Under the pieces are notes generated by a model. It was not told the origin of the DNA, searched no databases, and worked only from the letters and a program-made list of their open reading frames with translations. A stretch of 64,000 nt of DNA, taken from a virus. Its lineage: Duplodnaviria; Caudoviricetes. This document shows, one piece after another, positions 37,234 through 54,687 of this stretch. The translations under genes were made by a program, and so were the position numbers. The DNA is taken from positions 128,001 to 192,000 of IMG/VR virus record IMGVR_UViG_3300037067_016777, one strand, 5' to 3'. Each line of letters begins with the position of its first letter. The first letter of the stretch is position 1.

Positions 37234-37648
37234 ATATATAGATTCTTTGCGATCACTACATGCTGCAATGAGCGATTATTTATTATTAGTTGGTGAACCA
37301 TGTCCATTATTAGGACAACTCTGCATGCGTCTTGTTGAGATAATAGGTTGTCTGCCTCCAGGCAATGAACCACAGACGGATAACTTAGACAAACTCACAT
37401 CACTTATTTTAGAAGCTGCTATACTTGGTGTTATAAATAGATTAGAAGAACTACAACCAAAATCTGAACCGTGTCTGCGAAGTGCAAAGGATTGTATGAA
37501 AATCACAGGCACACTTAATACACACGATCGTTGTGGCGTATTTTTCAAAGTGCTTGGCATAGCAATAGCTGGTTTACAGGAAATTACTGGTAGCGAATAT
37601 CCACAACTTTCAGACGGCAGTGGCAAAAAGCTTAGAGGTACACAATGA
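37226..37648 (+). CDS. Hypothetical helical protein between the dnaE halves
   Basis: 140-aa ORF overlapping neighbours on both sides. Confidence 0.65.
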   Translation: MDEYIDSLRSLHAAMSDYLLLVGEPCPLLGQLCMRLVEIIGCLPPGNEPQTDNLDKLTSLILEAAILGVINRLEELQPKSEPCLRSAKDCMKITGTLNTHDRCGVFFKVLGIAIAGLQEITGSEYPQLSDGSGKKLRGTQ

Positions 37649-38118
37649 AGATTTCAATATACGCTTGCGGCTATAGTATTGACAATGGCAAGCCTACGCA
37701 ACGTGGTGCTTGTGCTGCTGGGCTGCATTATGTTGATGATCACGATCGTAGGGCTATTAGAGTTATCAGTGAACCTGTTGGTAATAGTACAGGGCCTCAA
37801 TGCGATTTAAAAGCCGCTATATTGGGTTTGATGAGTATTAAGGCGACTCCTGTATTACGATTGCGCAAAGCATCAGTTGAGTTAATTACAACAAAGTATG
37901 TTGCGCAATTTATGGAGCGTACGGATGGTGAATTTAAATTAATACCAAAGAAGAATATTGAATTGATACGCCGATTTCGCGAAAAGGCTGACTTGTTCGA
38001 TAATTTGGCTGTGCAGGTAGGGACAAAAGAGCAATTACAACAATCTTTCGACATAGCCAAAACAACAGTAGAAACTGGTATTGGTAGTGACAGCGAAACA
38101 ATCATGACAACAACATAA
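37645..38118 (+). CDS. RNase HI-like fold protein lacking the canonical catalytic acids
   Basis: KISIYACG..., STGPQCDLKAAILGL, VELITTKYV, KKNIELI align with IYTDG, TNNRAELxAxIxAL, IxTDSxYV, KNxDL. Confidence 0.55.
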   Translation: MKISIYACGYSIDNGKPTQRGACAAGLHYVDDHDRRAIRVISEPVGNSTGPQCDLKAAILGLMSIKATPVLRLRKASVELITTKYVAQFMERTDGEFKLIPKKNIELIRRFREKADLFDNLAVQVGTKEQLQQSFDIAKTTVETGIGSDSETIMTTT

Positions 38119-38135
38119 TAGACATAGATCTCAAT

Positions 38136-40937
38136 ATGGGAAAATATGATTTTGATACCATTGTGAAGGCCGCATACAAGAAAATCAATCGGCTTGGATT
38201 ACCTGTGATCTATACCAAGAGATTAGATTTTGAGATAGAACAAATTCGTATGCAGGGAGCTCAAAGGTATTACGAAGATTTAATAGAGTCTGGTAAGAAG
38301 TTTGATAAAAACCCAAACCAGTTGCTGCTGCCGTGGTTGCTAGATCGATTTACTGGTGATGCTGATATTGATCCTATTGCGCATAGAGACGGACCGCTGA
38401 TGCTCAGTGCGAAGTATGATGATGTTCAAGATATTCTAAAGAAAACTGGAAAATTGCCAGTAGATATTCGCCAAGATGATGATAAACCGGATATTGATAT
38501 TGATTGTTTACCAGAGGTAAGGAACCAAATTAAGGATTATGTCGCTAAACGCTATGGCAAGCATAATGTGGCCAGTGTTGGTACTTGGCAAGCTTATTTA
38601 TTTAAGCAAGCCATTGCAGATGCTTATGCTGGTCTTGGCCTGGAAAAAATCAATCGAGATCAAGGAGCCAAGAACAGAGCGATCGAATTAACAAAGATTC
38701 TGCCAGATGAAGTTAATGAGATGCGAGAAGGTGGATATGGTGTTTGTAAGGGGCGTGTGAAAGAAAACGGTGTCGATAAAGAATGTGGTGTTAAGCACAA
38801 AGGTTTAAAATGTCCGCAATGCCAGAGTGAAGATACTGATACGCCAACTATTGCTATGATAATGAGAGATTATCCAGAAATTGGGAAATTCATAGCAGAA
38901 GATAAAGAAGTACATCAACAAGTAATTGATACCGCTATTCGTCTAGTTGGTCGCATCAAGCATGCTGGTAAACATGCTGGTGGTCTTATTATTGCAGATC
39001 GAGACTTATTCGGTAATGTGCCGATGCAATATGATAAAAAGACCAATCAATGGGTTAGTATTTGGACGGAAGGTCGTAATACACAACTGTCGAAGTTTGG
39101 TTATGTTAAGTGGGATGTGCTCGGATTAAAGAATCTGTCTTATATAAAGACAGCTTGTGCGATGATTAATGAGAATCACGGAATTTCTTTTGGCGACCGG
39201 CTCGAAGGTTGGGATGAATCAGATCCTATTAATAATGTTGCTGGATATTATTGGGAGAATGGTGAAAGAAAAGCGATACCGCTTGAGGATCCGGCAGCAC
39301 TAAAATTAGCTAATGACTCGCAGACTGACAGCATTTTCCAATTTGATACTGACCTTGCTAAACGGACGCTATCTGCTGGCGTGCACGGTTTTCGCGATTT
39401 ATTGATCTTCAATGCAATGGGACACCCTGGCCCGATGCAATCTATACCTGATTACGTTAAGAATAGAGATGATTACAGCAATAAATGGGCAAAAGGAGAA
39501 CATCCAGATATTGTTGAAATTCTGAAACCAACGAGCGGTGTGATTGTGTTTCAAGAACAGCTTACATCTATCTGGCAATGCGTTGCCGGGTTTACAGGTC
39601 CAGAGTCTCAAGACGCTAGAAAAGCTGTTGCAAAGAAATGGAAGGAAAAGCTTAAGCCAGTTAGGGAACATTGGCTAGTTGGTGCTAGCAAAAAGATCGG
39701 TGAATCGAAAGCACGTGAATATTGGGATAAGATGGAGACATTCGGCCGCTACGCCTTTAATTTGAGTCACGCTATTTGCTATTGTTTATGGGCGTATCGC
39801 TGTTTGTGGCTTAAGGCACATTATGCTGAGGAATGGTGGGCTAGTGTGATGGGGACGTGCGATCAAAAAGCACTTGAGCGTTATATGAGTGCTGCACGTG
39901 GTGAGAATGTAAATTTTGGTGAGATTGATATTGCAAAGCTTACATTGCGTCCTACTGCACATTCTGGCCCGAGTGTGCAGGATAAACATATTGCATTAGG
40001 ATTAACCAGTTTAAAGAAGATTGGTGATAAGGCGGCAGATGCTTTTGTAGATAAAGTTGGCAATAATGTTTATGTTGATATTGATGATTTTATAGAGAAG
40101 AAAGGTAAGAGTAAGATTCTCTTTGAGCGTCTTATTAAACTAGGCGCATTTACAAAATTACATCCCAACAAAAGAGCTACTTGGATGTGGTATTTGCACC
40201 AGCACGGTACTGGGACTGTTGAGGAATTTGAATTTAAGGATGTTGACGAACAGGCTAAGGTGGAGATAGTTGAATCTAAAGCACAGCAGCTTAGTAAAAA
40301 ATCGAAGTTGAAGACTTTTAGCTATCCAATTAAAATTCTGAAGGCTTATCATGTTCGTCGCCTTATGGCGAAAGCTAATTGGACTGAAGAGACGATTGCT
40401 GCAGAAAGAGATCGTCAAATCGCAGTATTCAAACAGACATATCCTAAACGAAAAGTAATACCAGCTAAAATCTTGAACTATCGGCCTACTATTAAAGTTA
40501 CACATAAAGATATTATTGATTTATATCCTGATGACTACGAATTTATTCAAGTGCTTAAATTTGAAAAGGAATTTTTGGGTTATCATTGGCATTCTCCGAT
40601 CGATCTATATCGAACTAGTGGCAATCATACAGTCGACAAATCCAAGTTAAATGATTGTTTAGAAGGGGTGATAGAATCTATTGTGCAAGCTAAGACTAAA
40701 AAAGGCTCTGATATGCTTCGTATCGTGGTCTCTGATGGTCATAAGACGTGCTTGGTGCTAGTTTGGGAACAAGATATAAGAAACCAAACTAAGAAGAATC
40801 TGACTGTAGATAAAGGTGTTAGAATGAGGGTAGATTATGACAAAGATCGCAATAGTTTTGTTTTGAAGAGAGGTACTGTTATTGAACCTCTATGGACAGA
40901 AGAAGCCTGGCAAAGGCGACAATCTGACGCAGAATAA
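38136..40937 (+). CDS. dnaE: DNA polymerase III alpha, C-terminal part (palm, fingers, HhH, OB)
   Basis: KPDIDIDC, GKHAGGLII, VKWDVLGLKNL, IFQF, PGPM, GVIVFQEQ, RKAVAKK, FGRYAFNLSHA..Y, LKAHY, EKEFLG. Confidence 0.92.
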   Translation: MGKYDFDTIVKAAYKKINRLGLPVIYTKRLDFEIEQIRMQGAQRYYEDLIESGKKFDKNPNQLLLPWLLDRFTGDADIDPIAHRDGPLMLSAKYDDVQDILKKTGKLPVDIRQDDDKPDIDIDCLPEVRNQIKDYVAKRYGKHNVASVGTWQAYLFKQAIADAYAGLGLEKINRDQGAKNRAIELTKILPDEVNEMREGGYGVCKGRVKENGVDKECGVKHKGLKCPQCQSEDTDTPTIAMIMRDYPEIGKFIAEDKEVHQQVIDTAIRLVGRIKHAGKHAGGLIIADRDLFGNVPMQYDKKTNQWVSIWTEGRNTQLSKFGYVKWDVLGLKNLSYIKTACAMINENHGISFGDRLEGWDESDPINNVAGYYWENGERKAIPLEDPAALKLANDSQTDSIFQFDTDLAKRTLSAGVHGFRDLLIFNAMGHPGPMQSIPDYVKNRDDYSNKWAKGEHPDIVEILKPTSGVIVFQEQLTSIWQCVAGFTGPESQDARKAVAKKWKEKLKPVREHWLVGASKKIGESKAREYWDKMETFGRYAFNLSHAICYCLWAYRCLWLKAHYAEEWWASVMGTCDQKALERYMSAARGENVNFGEIDIAKLTLRPTAHSGPSVQDKHIALGLTSLKKIGDKAADAFVDKVGNNVYVDIDDFIEKKGKSKILFERLIKLGAFTKLHPNKRATWMWYLHQHGTGTVEEFEFKDVDEQAKVEIVESKAQQLSKKSKLKTFSYPIKILKAYHVRRLMAKANWTEETIAAERDRQIAVFKQTYPKRKVIPAKILNYRPTIKVTHKDIIDLYPDDYEFIQVLKFEKEFLGYHWHSPIDLYRTSGNHTVDKSKLNDCLEGVIESIVQAKTKKGSDMLRIVVSDGHKTCLVLVWEQDIRNQTKKNLTVDKGVRMRVDYDKDRNSFVLKRGTVIEPLWTEEAWQRRQSDAE

Positions 40938-41044
40938 TTCTTAGATCTTCTAATCAAAAGCGTTGCTATAGTTTGTGTTATTCTAGGTATATATATCTAG
41001 ATAAAATTTAATTATAGATTGGAGGCTCAAAACACAGGTACAAC

Positions 41045-41453
41045 ATGTCGACTAATATAACTGAAAACAATATCAATGTGCTATTATATAAAATCAAGAA
41101 TTTGGTATATTTCGATACTTTATTTGCGCTTGAAGAAGACTTTAATAAAACTGGATTGAGTGTGCAACTTTCTGGTGGCAATAGAGTAATATTGTGTAAG
41201 ATTATTGGAGGTAAAGCAAAAGCATCGGTAGCGATGGAAGATTATATATTCCTTGGTCCTTTTGCGTATGCTGAAGCTAAACAAGAAATATCGGGGCGCT
41301 TAATTTCATCAATTTCTGATTTTGTAATGAACCATGCTGGATCGCCAGACAAAATTGAGAACTTGCCACGTTTATGGCAGCAGGGCGTGAAAACGTACGG
41401 TCAAGTGATTCGCATAATAGATGAAGATATACAAGAAATTGCACAAAGCATAA

Positions 41454-41461
<8 letters not shown>
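41045..41461 (+). CDS. Hypothetical protein
   Basis: 138-aa ORF preceding the fibre genes. Confidence 0.7.
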
Positions 41462-43361
<1,900 letters not shown>

Positions 43362-43454
43362 TATTTGGTTTTTCCGATTATGTGTGCAGTTATACTAAGA
43401 AACAAATTTTAATTGTTGATCGCACCTAGATAGGCACCCTTGCATTTAGAGTAA

Positions 43455-47870
<4,416 letters not shown>

Positions 47871-47954
47871 GGTTTAGAATATCTGACACATCCAACCAAA
47901 CATAATGAGGATGGTATCGTGTTTGACTATCTGGACTAGGACCGCCAGTATATT

Positions 47955-49568
47955 ATGAAATTCAAAGAATTCAGAACTATTCAGCTTACTAGCGTGCCAG
48001 TTTTTGGCGACAATCCTCCAGAAAATACTGTATATGAGTGGTTTGTTAATATTGGTTTAACTACACAGACGTTATATTATCGATATCCAGATGGAACTGA
48101 GAGGATTGTTGCTGGCGGTGGCCAAATCGGATTGACCGGCGCAAGCGGTGCAACTGGGATAGCTGGGGCTACTGGTAGTGGCGATACAGGTGCTTCAGGG
48201 GCAACTGGCCCAGGCGGTGGTCCTACCGGTGCGACAGGATCGACAGGCCCTGCTGGTCTTGTCGGTGCAACCGGTATTGGGTTATCTGGTGCCACTGGTT
48301 CAACTGGACCACTAGGTGCTTCCGGCGCTACGGGGCCATCAGGAGGGCCTATTGGCTCGACAGGTGCTACTGGCCATGTTGGTGCTACTGGTGCAACCGG
48401 ACCGTCAGGAGGGCCTACGGGAGCCACAGGAGCAACCGGTATTGCTGGAGCCACCGGATTAATTGGTCTGTCTGGCTCGACTGGAATCGCAGGCGCTACT
48501 GGCACTGGTATAGCTGGGGCTTCAGGAGCAATTGGTGCTACTGGGCCTATAGGCTCAAGTGCGACAGCTGGCGCTAACGTAATAATAAATGGTGGCTTTG
48601 ATTTTTTCCAGCGTAATGGAAATACAGCAGTATCTTACTATTCTGCTACTGACGACACATATTGTTTTGATCGCTGGGTTAGCTTAAGCGAATCAGCCGC
48701 AACTTCTACTCTGCGATACAATCTAACGACAGGTACGTCAGCTCAGCCTGGCCCATTTGTTGGAGTTTTGAGAAATTTATCTGGATCAGCGCAAAGAATG
48801 GGATTATTGCAGATCGTTGAGGGATTTAATTCATTTCTATTGCGTGGACAATCTATAACTTTACAAGCAACAATAACTACTAGCGTTGCCGTCCGATATG
48901 CAATATTGGAGTGGACTGGTGTGGCTGATACTGTGACGAGCGATATTGTTAGAGACTGGGCGAGTACTTCATACACTGCAAATAATTTCTTTTTGAGTAG
49001 TAATCTTGCAGTTACAGCTATTGGTTCCATCGCTTCTACAGGATCTATCGCTTTAACTGCGACCGTAAGTGGTTCCTGCAATAATTTGATTGTTTTTTTC
49101 TGGACTGAATCACAATTAGCAAACAACGCACAGATATATCTAGCAAATGTTGATTGCCATACTGGTAGTGCTCGCGTTATGAGTCCAAGACCATACGCAG
49201 AAGAATTAACACTATGCCAACGATATTACGAGAAGAGCTATAACGTTGATGTAAAACCAGGCACAGTAGCAACGCGAGTTGGAGCAGTTGGCTCGACTGT
49301 CTTGTATGGCAATACCTGGTACTTAAATAACTTTATGGTATACTATACGACTGAAAAGCGTACACATGCAGGCCCGAGATTATACTCGCCGCAAACTGGT
49401 GCAACGAATTATGCTGGTGAGTATACTATGCAGCAGGCTTATGTAGCAGATCGACGTTTGCAAATTCTCAATAATGGTACAAAAGCATATGGTGTTGCGT
49501 CTGACGATGGAACTTTTAATGTGAACAACGTCATATGGCATCAATTTACGACAGAATGCGAATTATAA
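47955..49568 (+). CDS. Collagen-like fibre protein (paralog 1)
   Basis: [24 protein letters not shown] head, GAT tract, shared C-terminal domain ending ECEL. Confidence 0.85.
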   Translation: MKFKEFRTIQLTSVPVFGDNPPENTVYEWFVNIGLTTQTLYYRYPDGTERIVAGGGQIGLTGASGATGIAGATGSGDTGASGATGPGGGPTGATGSTGPAGLVGATGIGLSGATGSTGPLGASGATGPSGGPIGSTGATGHVGATGATGPSGGPTGATGATGIAGATGLIGLSGSTGIAGATGTGIAGASGAIGATGPIGSSATAGANVIINGGFDFFQRNGNTAVSYYSATDDTYCFDRWVSLSESAATSTLRYNLTTGTSAQPGPFVGVLRNLSGSAQRMGLLQIVEGFNSFLLRGQSITLQATITTSVAVRYAILEWTGVADTVTSDIVRDWASTSYTANNFFLSSNLAVTAIGSIASTGSIALTATVSGSCNNLIVFFWTESQLANNAQIYLANVDCHTGSARVMSPRPYAEELTLCQRYYEKSYNVDVKPGTVATRVGAVGSTVLYGNTWYLNNFMVYYTTEKRTHAGPRLYSPQTGATNYAGEYTMQQAYVADRRLQILNNGTKAYGVASDDGTFNVNNVIWHQFTTECEL

Positions 49569-49584
49569 AACTGGCAAAAGATTT

Positions 49585-51210
49585 ATGAAATTCAAAGAAT
49601 TCAGAACAATTCAGCTTACTAGTGCGCCAGTCTTTGGTGATAATCCACCAGAAAATACCATTTATCAATGGTTTACTGTTGGTAGTAGTTCTACAGTCGT
49701 TATTAACTGCCGATTCTCTGATGGTAGTGAAAAAACTGTATCTGGTGGATCTGGATCTATAGGCGCGACCGGCAGTACTGGGCCTGTTGGCTCTACTGGT
49801 CCTTCTGGCGGCCCAATAGGTGCCACTGGTCCAATTGGTCTAGGTGCAACTGGTTTTACTGGTGCAACTGGTGCAACTGGAATTGGTGCAACTGGGCCTT
49901 TAGGTGCTTCCGGGGCAACCGGGCCGTCAGGAGGTCCTACAGGTGCTACTGGAGTCACTGGCGCTTCTGGCGCTTCTGGTGCCACTGGCCCAGCAGGAGG
50001 CCCTGTAGGTGCCACTGGAGCAACTGGTACTTCTGGCGCTTCTGGAGTAGGAATAAACGGTGCTTCTGGAGTAGGAATAAACGGTGCTTCTGGAGTAAAT
50101 GGCGCTTCGGGATCTGCTGGATCAATAGGACCGACAGGTGCTACTGGTATATCCGGATCTGCTGGTGCTACAGGCCCTACTGGCCCGAGCGGTGAGTTAA
50201 TAGGTGCCAACGTAATAATAAATGGTACTTTCGACTTTTTTCAACGAAATACCAATACAACACTTACAGCATTTACTTCTGTAGATGATACTTATTGTTT
50301 TGATCGCTGGGTGGCTTTAACTCAATCTAATGCAATATCAACATATCGATGGAATCCCGCTACAGGTACATCAGCTTTACCTGGCCCATTTGGTGGGCGG
50401 ATAGTACAAAGCAACGCAACAGCACAAAGAATGGGCTTACTACAGATTGTTGAAGGAAGTAACTCTTTTGCGTTGCGAGGGCAGACAGTAACACTTCAAG
50501 CGTCGATAACTAATACATCAGGAAATACGCGTTTTGCAATATTGGAATGGACTGGTGTGTCTGATACAGTAACGAGTGATGTTGTTAGAGATTGGACGAG
50601 TACAACATATACTGCGAATAATTTCTTTTTGAGTAGCGGTATAACGGTTGCCGCTGTTGGTAGCGTAACATCTGGGACTAATATACCTGCTGTTCTTACA
50701 GGAACGATTAGCGGTTCTTGCAACAATTTGATCGTTTTCTTTTGGACTGAATCACCAGCTGCACAAAATATTGCAATGGTTGCATACAATGTAGACTGTC
50801 ATATTGGCAGTTCGCGAATTTTTAGTCCTCGCTCATTCGGAGAAGAATTGATGCTGTGCCAGCGATATTATGAGAAGAGCTATAATATCGATACTAAACC
50901 TGGCGCAATTACACGGCAAGGATCGCTAGGAGCGCTTGTGGCTGTCGGTCAGGGCAATTTTTGGTTGATGCAGTGCACACATACATATATGGTGCAGAAA
51001 CGTGTTTATGTTGCTCCAAGATTTTACTCTCCTTATACTGGTACTTTGGGTTATTGTAGTGAATATAATACATCGCAAGGTTATACTGCTGATCGCGGTC
51101 TTCAAATTATGGAGGCCAGCCCAAGAACATATAGCATAGCATCAAATGATGGTACTTTCACCCAGGGCGCTGCAGAGTGGCATCATTTCGTGGCAGAATG
51201 TGAATTATAA
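49585..51210 (+). CDS. Collagen-like fibre protein (paralog 2)
   Basis: Same head and C-terminal domain as 47955. Confidence 0.85.
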   Translation: MKFKEFRTIQLTSAPVFGDNPPENTIYQWFTVGSSSTVVINCRFSDGSEKTVSGGSGSIGATGSTGPVGSTGPSGGPIGATGPIGLGATGFTGATGATGIGATGPLGASGATGPSGGPTGATGVTGASGASGATGPAGGPVGATGATGTSGASGVGINGASGVGINGASGVNGASGSAGSIGPTGATGISGSAGATGPTGPSGELIGANVIINGTFDFFQRNTNTTLTAFTSVDDTYCFDRWVALTQSNAISTYRWNPATGTSALPGPFGGRIVQSNATAQRMGLLQIVEGSNSFALRGQTVTLQASITNTSGNTRFAILEWTGVSDTVTSDVVRDWTSTTYTANNFFLSSGITVAAVGSVTSGTNIPAVLTGTISGSCNNLIVFFWTESPAAQNIAMVAYNVDCHIGSSRIFSPRSFGEELMLCQRYYEKSYNIDTKPGAITRQGSLGALVAVGQGNFWLMQCTHTYMVQKRVYVAPRFYSPYTGTLGYCSEYNTSQGYTADRGLQIMEASPRTYSIASNDGTFTQGAAEWHHFVAECEL

Positions 51211-51232
51211 AAATTGACAGATTGGGCGTAAA

Positions 51233-51697
51233 ATGGCTGCAATCACAATCAGCATCGGAATTACTGGTCTGACTAATGTTAAGGCATTGCCATATAATGT
51301 TGATTTCACACAGGTGTGGAATGGCACTAGCCTCGTGGCGATTGGATCAGCTGTCCCATCATTTATTAATATGATCGAGGTAATAGTCAACGGTGTTGGC
51401 AGCGGCAATTATAAAGCTGAGCTACCAACATCACTTAACACTATAAGTGATAATGACGGTCTTGCGATTTCAATATACAGTTCTGGTAATCCAGCATCTG
51501 TTAGCGATCCACTTTACGGATATATTCCGCCATCGTGTCAGTCGACGTTAATAAAAGCTGTAACAGATGCAATTGCTGCACTCGAAATAAATATAGATCC
51601 TTGTGAATTACGCCGTGCATTAGAGGGCATCACAATTAAACCGACACGCACTATATTGGGTCCTTGCCAACAAAATGCTGTTACTTTATGTCGTTAA
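51233..51697 (+). CDS. Hypothetical (possibly structural) protein
   Basis: 154-aa ORF following the fibre genes. Confidence 0.7.
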   Translation: MAAITISIGITGLTNVKALPYNVDFTQVWNGTSLVAIGSAVPSFINMIEVIVNGVGSGNYKAELPTSLNTISDNDGLAISIYSSGNPASVSDPLYGYIPPSCQSTLIKAVTDAIAALEINIDPCELRRALEGITIKPTRTILGPCQQNAVTLCR

Positions 51698-52603
51698 TGT
51701 GACTTTACGACGTAGTAATTTTACAAGGCAACTCCCTAAATCCATAAAATAATCATGTTCTGCCATAGCACCAATACATTCAATGCCTAATTTATTGAGT
51801 GTAGTTAAATCGGGTTTTTGGCCCTTGGGTATGGCTTCTGCAATAGTTGTACCATCAATTAGTTCAAATTGCTGTATGAACTGCATAAAATAAGGACCTG
51901 GGATTGGTATGTCGCGTAAGAAATAAAACATATATCGGTTTTTAGCTACGTTGCTTACTTTGAAGAAATTAATATAATCATCAACAACTAAGACTTGATT
52001 TGCACCTTCGAAGTTCAGGTCGTTTGTCTCAACATGATAATACCACACTTGTGTTGTTGATAATTTTGGATGTGGAACTCTTGTTAGTTCATACAATTTA
52101 GACAATTGAATTGTGCTAATCATATGATCAAACTCGATTCTCTTCCCTCCCCATATTACATAATGATCACCAATTTCAGATACTGCACCTTTGTTACTAT
52201 TATCAACCAAACTCTGGCCATATTTTATTTGCAATTGATTATATAATTGATTAACTTTTATGCTATAAACGAAATGATCGCCTCTAGATTTAATGCAGGG
52301 CAATGCTTGCGATGGGACTTCTTGACCAAATACTTTATTTAGCCATCCATTAATAATAAGATCGTCTGATGGTAATAAGCCGCCACCTAGTGAATAAAGG
52401 GTTTTGTAGATAAATGATATTTTGCCACCAAAATGCGCAATTAGATCATCTATTCGTTCATCTCTAATAATGAAGTTATCGGCTAATGCTGGACGAAAGC
52501 TATAAAAACGAGAGCGTGAAAATGGTATAACTAACCATTGGTCACCTAGAATTTCTTTAGCAAGCAGCCCAACGATGCCACTACCTAATATTACTCCTTG
52601 CAT
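51686..52603 (-). CDS. FAD/NAD-binding oxidoreductase-like protein
   Basis: N-terminal VILGSGIVG Rossmann motif; FDHMISTI.L; C-terminal IGAMAEHDY.MD. Confidence 0.6.
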   Translation of the reverse strand: MQGVILGSGIVGLLAKEILGDQWLVIPFSRSRFYSFRPALADNFIIRDERIDDLIAHFGGKISFIYKTLYSLGGGLLPSDDLIINGWLNKVFGQEVPSQALPCIKSRGDHFVYSIKVNQLYNQLQIKYGQSLVDNSNKGAVSEIGDHYVIWGGKRIEFDHMISTIQLSKLYELTRVPHPKLSTTQVWYYHVETNDLNFEGANQVLVVDDYINFFKVSNVAKNRYMFYFLRDIPIPGPYFMQFIQQFELIDGTTIAEAIPKGQKPDLTTLNKLGIECIGAMAEHDYFMDLGSCLVKLLRRKVTLTT

Positions 52604-53040
52604 GCTAATCTCGATATTTTTTGTGCGACAGTGAGAGAATCATCATTAGATATTTTTTCTATTGGTGTTACTGCTTCATCAAGCTCACATCGAGATAATT
52701 GCTTGCTATCAAAAGGGTTTACGAATGGATCGATAAATGTTGGAAGCGGTGGGACAACTTCTGGTTTGCCAACACCACATTCTGGGCATGCGACAAATTT
52801 GTATCCATATTGTTCTACAATATTGCATGCATCAATATAAAAACCTGCACAACAGAAAGGACACATAGCAGAGAATTTAGATGGTAAGTCAAGTACAAAT
52901 TCAAATGGTCTTGCTGATGTTATAGCTGCTGGATTTGGTTTTTCTGTTGGTACGGAGACAATAAAGTCAACCAACTGAAATTGTGTTGGATGCTCATTTG
53001 GTAATAATATTATCTTGTTTGAATCGCTTGCGATGACCAT
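52591..53040 (-). CDS. Zinc-ribbon protein
   Basis: CPFC, CPECG. Confidence 0.65.
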   Translation of the reverse strand: MVIASDSNKIILLPNEHPTQFQLVDFIVSVPTEKPNPAAITSARPFEFVLDLPSKFSAMCPFCCAGFYIDACNIVEQYGYKFVACPECGVGKPEVVPPLPTFIDPFVNPFDSKQLSRCELDEAVTPIEKISNDDSLTVAQKISRLACKE

Positions 53041-53498
53041 TCTTTATCCTTGCTATTTTGAATTTCTATTGCTTTGGTTTTTAGTTGTGTGAAAACATCA
53101 TTAGATACCCACAATTCTACATACTTTTCATCTATAACTTGAGTAGATGGATTTCCATTTATATCGACAGCAACAACAGATACACAAATATAGAAGCATG
53201 TAAAATTCCCATGCATGAGAATACCGCTCAGATCGCAAAAAATCCCGTTTGGGCACGATCTATTATCAATTATTCTACTTGGTTTATAACATTTAATAAT
53301 GATAGCCTTCAGCTCTGCCATGCATCGTGAGCAGATATCAAAAGAATATGTAGGAGTAATTCCATGTGCAAAAGACATAGAATTATTGGTGACGGTGACT
53401 TCTTTGGCATCGAATGAATAGTATGTAAATTTCTCCACAATCTGCATGCCACAGCGGTCGCAGTTGATGCCATGTTTATCTTGTGTTAACATATCCAT
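53010..53498 (-). CDS. Hypothetical Cys-containing protein
   Basis: CDRCG, DICSRC, CDLSG. Confidence 0.7.
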   Translation of the reverse strand: MDMLTQDKHGINCDRCGMQIVEKFTYYSFDAKEVTVTNNSMSFAHGITPTYSFDICSRCMAELKAIIIKCYKPSRIIDNRSCPNGIFCDLSGILMHGNFTCFYICVSVVAVDINGNPSTQVIDEKYVELWVSNDVFTQLKTKAIEIQNSKDKEWSSQAIQTR

Positions 53499-53527
53499 CC
53501 TGGAGTTGATTTTAGTATTATTTACAT

Positions 53528-54238
53528 ATGGATTTAAAAACGTTTGATTGGCAATGCGGTTCTAATTATCCTTACAGACAGAGAGAAATAATTTCTAATT
53601 GGGATGTTGCGAAAATGGCTATACAAGAAACACATCACGAGCGTAAATTGCGAATGCTTAGACAACTCAGCTTATGCTGTAGTGCTTGTAGTTGTTGTGA
53701 GCTTGGTAGGAAAGACGCAGAGAAGAATGGGATTTGCCGTGATCCGCATGTATTGTCTTCTATGACCCCATCGCGAATATTTGTTGTCGGACAGAATCCT
53801 GGCATTGAGGAGTTGAAACAAGGAATACCGTTTGTTGGTCAGTCTGGTAAAAACTTCGATAAGGAGTTAGCTAAGCATAATGTTGATCGATCGCAATTTT
53901 ATATAACTAACGCAGTGCGATGCTATACAACTGATAACATTAAACCGCCGCAATTATGTGTCGACAAATGTAAGCCATTCCTGATGATGGAAATTGGCTT
54001 GATGAATCCGCAATTGGTCGTTACATTAGGTGCGGTGGCTTTTGAATGCCTTTGTCCTGGATGTGTTTACAGTCAAGCATTGGGGAATATTACTACAAGC
54101 ATTATGTACGGCGTTAAAGTGTTTGCTATTTTGCATCCGTCGCCATTAAACTTGACACAATCAGATAGAAGAACTGCTTTTGAACGACAAATAGCCGTAT
54201 TATGCAAGATTTTAAATCGGATTACTGAGGTTGAATAG
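53528..54238 (+). CDS. Uracil-DNA glycosylase, family 4
   Basis: C..C.L, VGQNPG..E...G.PFVG.SG, YITNAVRC, C.PFL..EI, VTLGAVA, HPSP. Confidence 0.92.
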   Translation: MDLKTFDWQCGSNYPYRQREIISNWDVAKMAIQETHHERKLRMLRQLSLCCSACSCCELGRKDAEKNGICRDPHVLSSMTPSRIFVVGQNPGIEELKQGIPFVGQSGKNFDKELAKHNVDRSQFYITNAVRCYTTDNIKPPQLCVDKCKPFLMMEIGLMNPQLVVTLGAVAFECLCPGCVYSQALGNITTSIMYGVKVFAILHPSPLNLTQSDRRTAFERQIAVLCKILNRITEVE

Positions 54239-54638
54239 ATTCTGTATTCTCTGGCTCTTCGAGATTATATGGTGCTAATCGATATACTGGCTTTCTGTCA
54301 TGTGTACTTTTGCGCAAGACATATTCATTGCCATTTTGCCGTAGTAAACCTTTCATTCTCATCATGAGTGATGATGGATTAGTAACAGCTGGGCTCGAAG
54401 CTTCTAACAATTTACTGATTTCTACAGATTCTCCAGTTGGAAACGCAGCTAACAATATATTATAAGCGGCTTGTGTAGCTAGGGTTTCAGGATCTGTCCT
54501 AATCGGTCCTCTAGCTTTCTCGTTCGCTGCAGATTTAATATTCTCTAATGTTTCTGCGCTAAGCTGCCGAACGTCCTCGGCAATAATCTTTTCAATTGGA
54601 TCGCCTAGGTCGACAGATATGACATTGATTCTCGCCAT
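54222..54638 (-). CDS. Hypothetical protein (possible winged helix)
   Basis: GGAG RBS before MARINV. Confidence 0.65.
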   Translation of the reverse strand: MARINVISVDLGDPIEKIIAEDVRQLSAETLENIKSAANEKARGPIRTDPETLATQAAYNILLAAFPTGESVEISKLLEASSPAVTNPSSLMMRMKGLLRQNGNEYVLRKSTHDRKPVYRLAPYNLEEPENTESIQPQ

Positions 54639-54660
54639 AGTAATTCTCCATTTTTGTTGT

Positions 54661-54687
54661 GTATTTAAATTACAGGGATTTAAATAC
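54661..54687. promoter_or_regulatory. 10-bp inverted repeat between divergent genes
   Basis: gtatttaaat-N7-atttaaatac. Confidence 0.45.

Noticed and set aside
37233-38136. Intein or self-splicing intron splitting dnaE
   Set aside because: No C/S-start or HN-C intein termini, no homing endonuclease motif, and the gap is filled by two coupled ORFs with no room for intron core structure. RT-PCR would be the decisive test.
47955-51210. Diversity-generating retroelement acting on fibre tips
   Set aside because: No reverse transcriptase and no non-coding template repeat; paralog differences are not adenine-specific.
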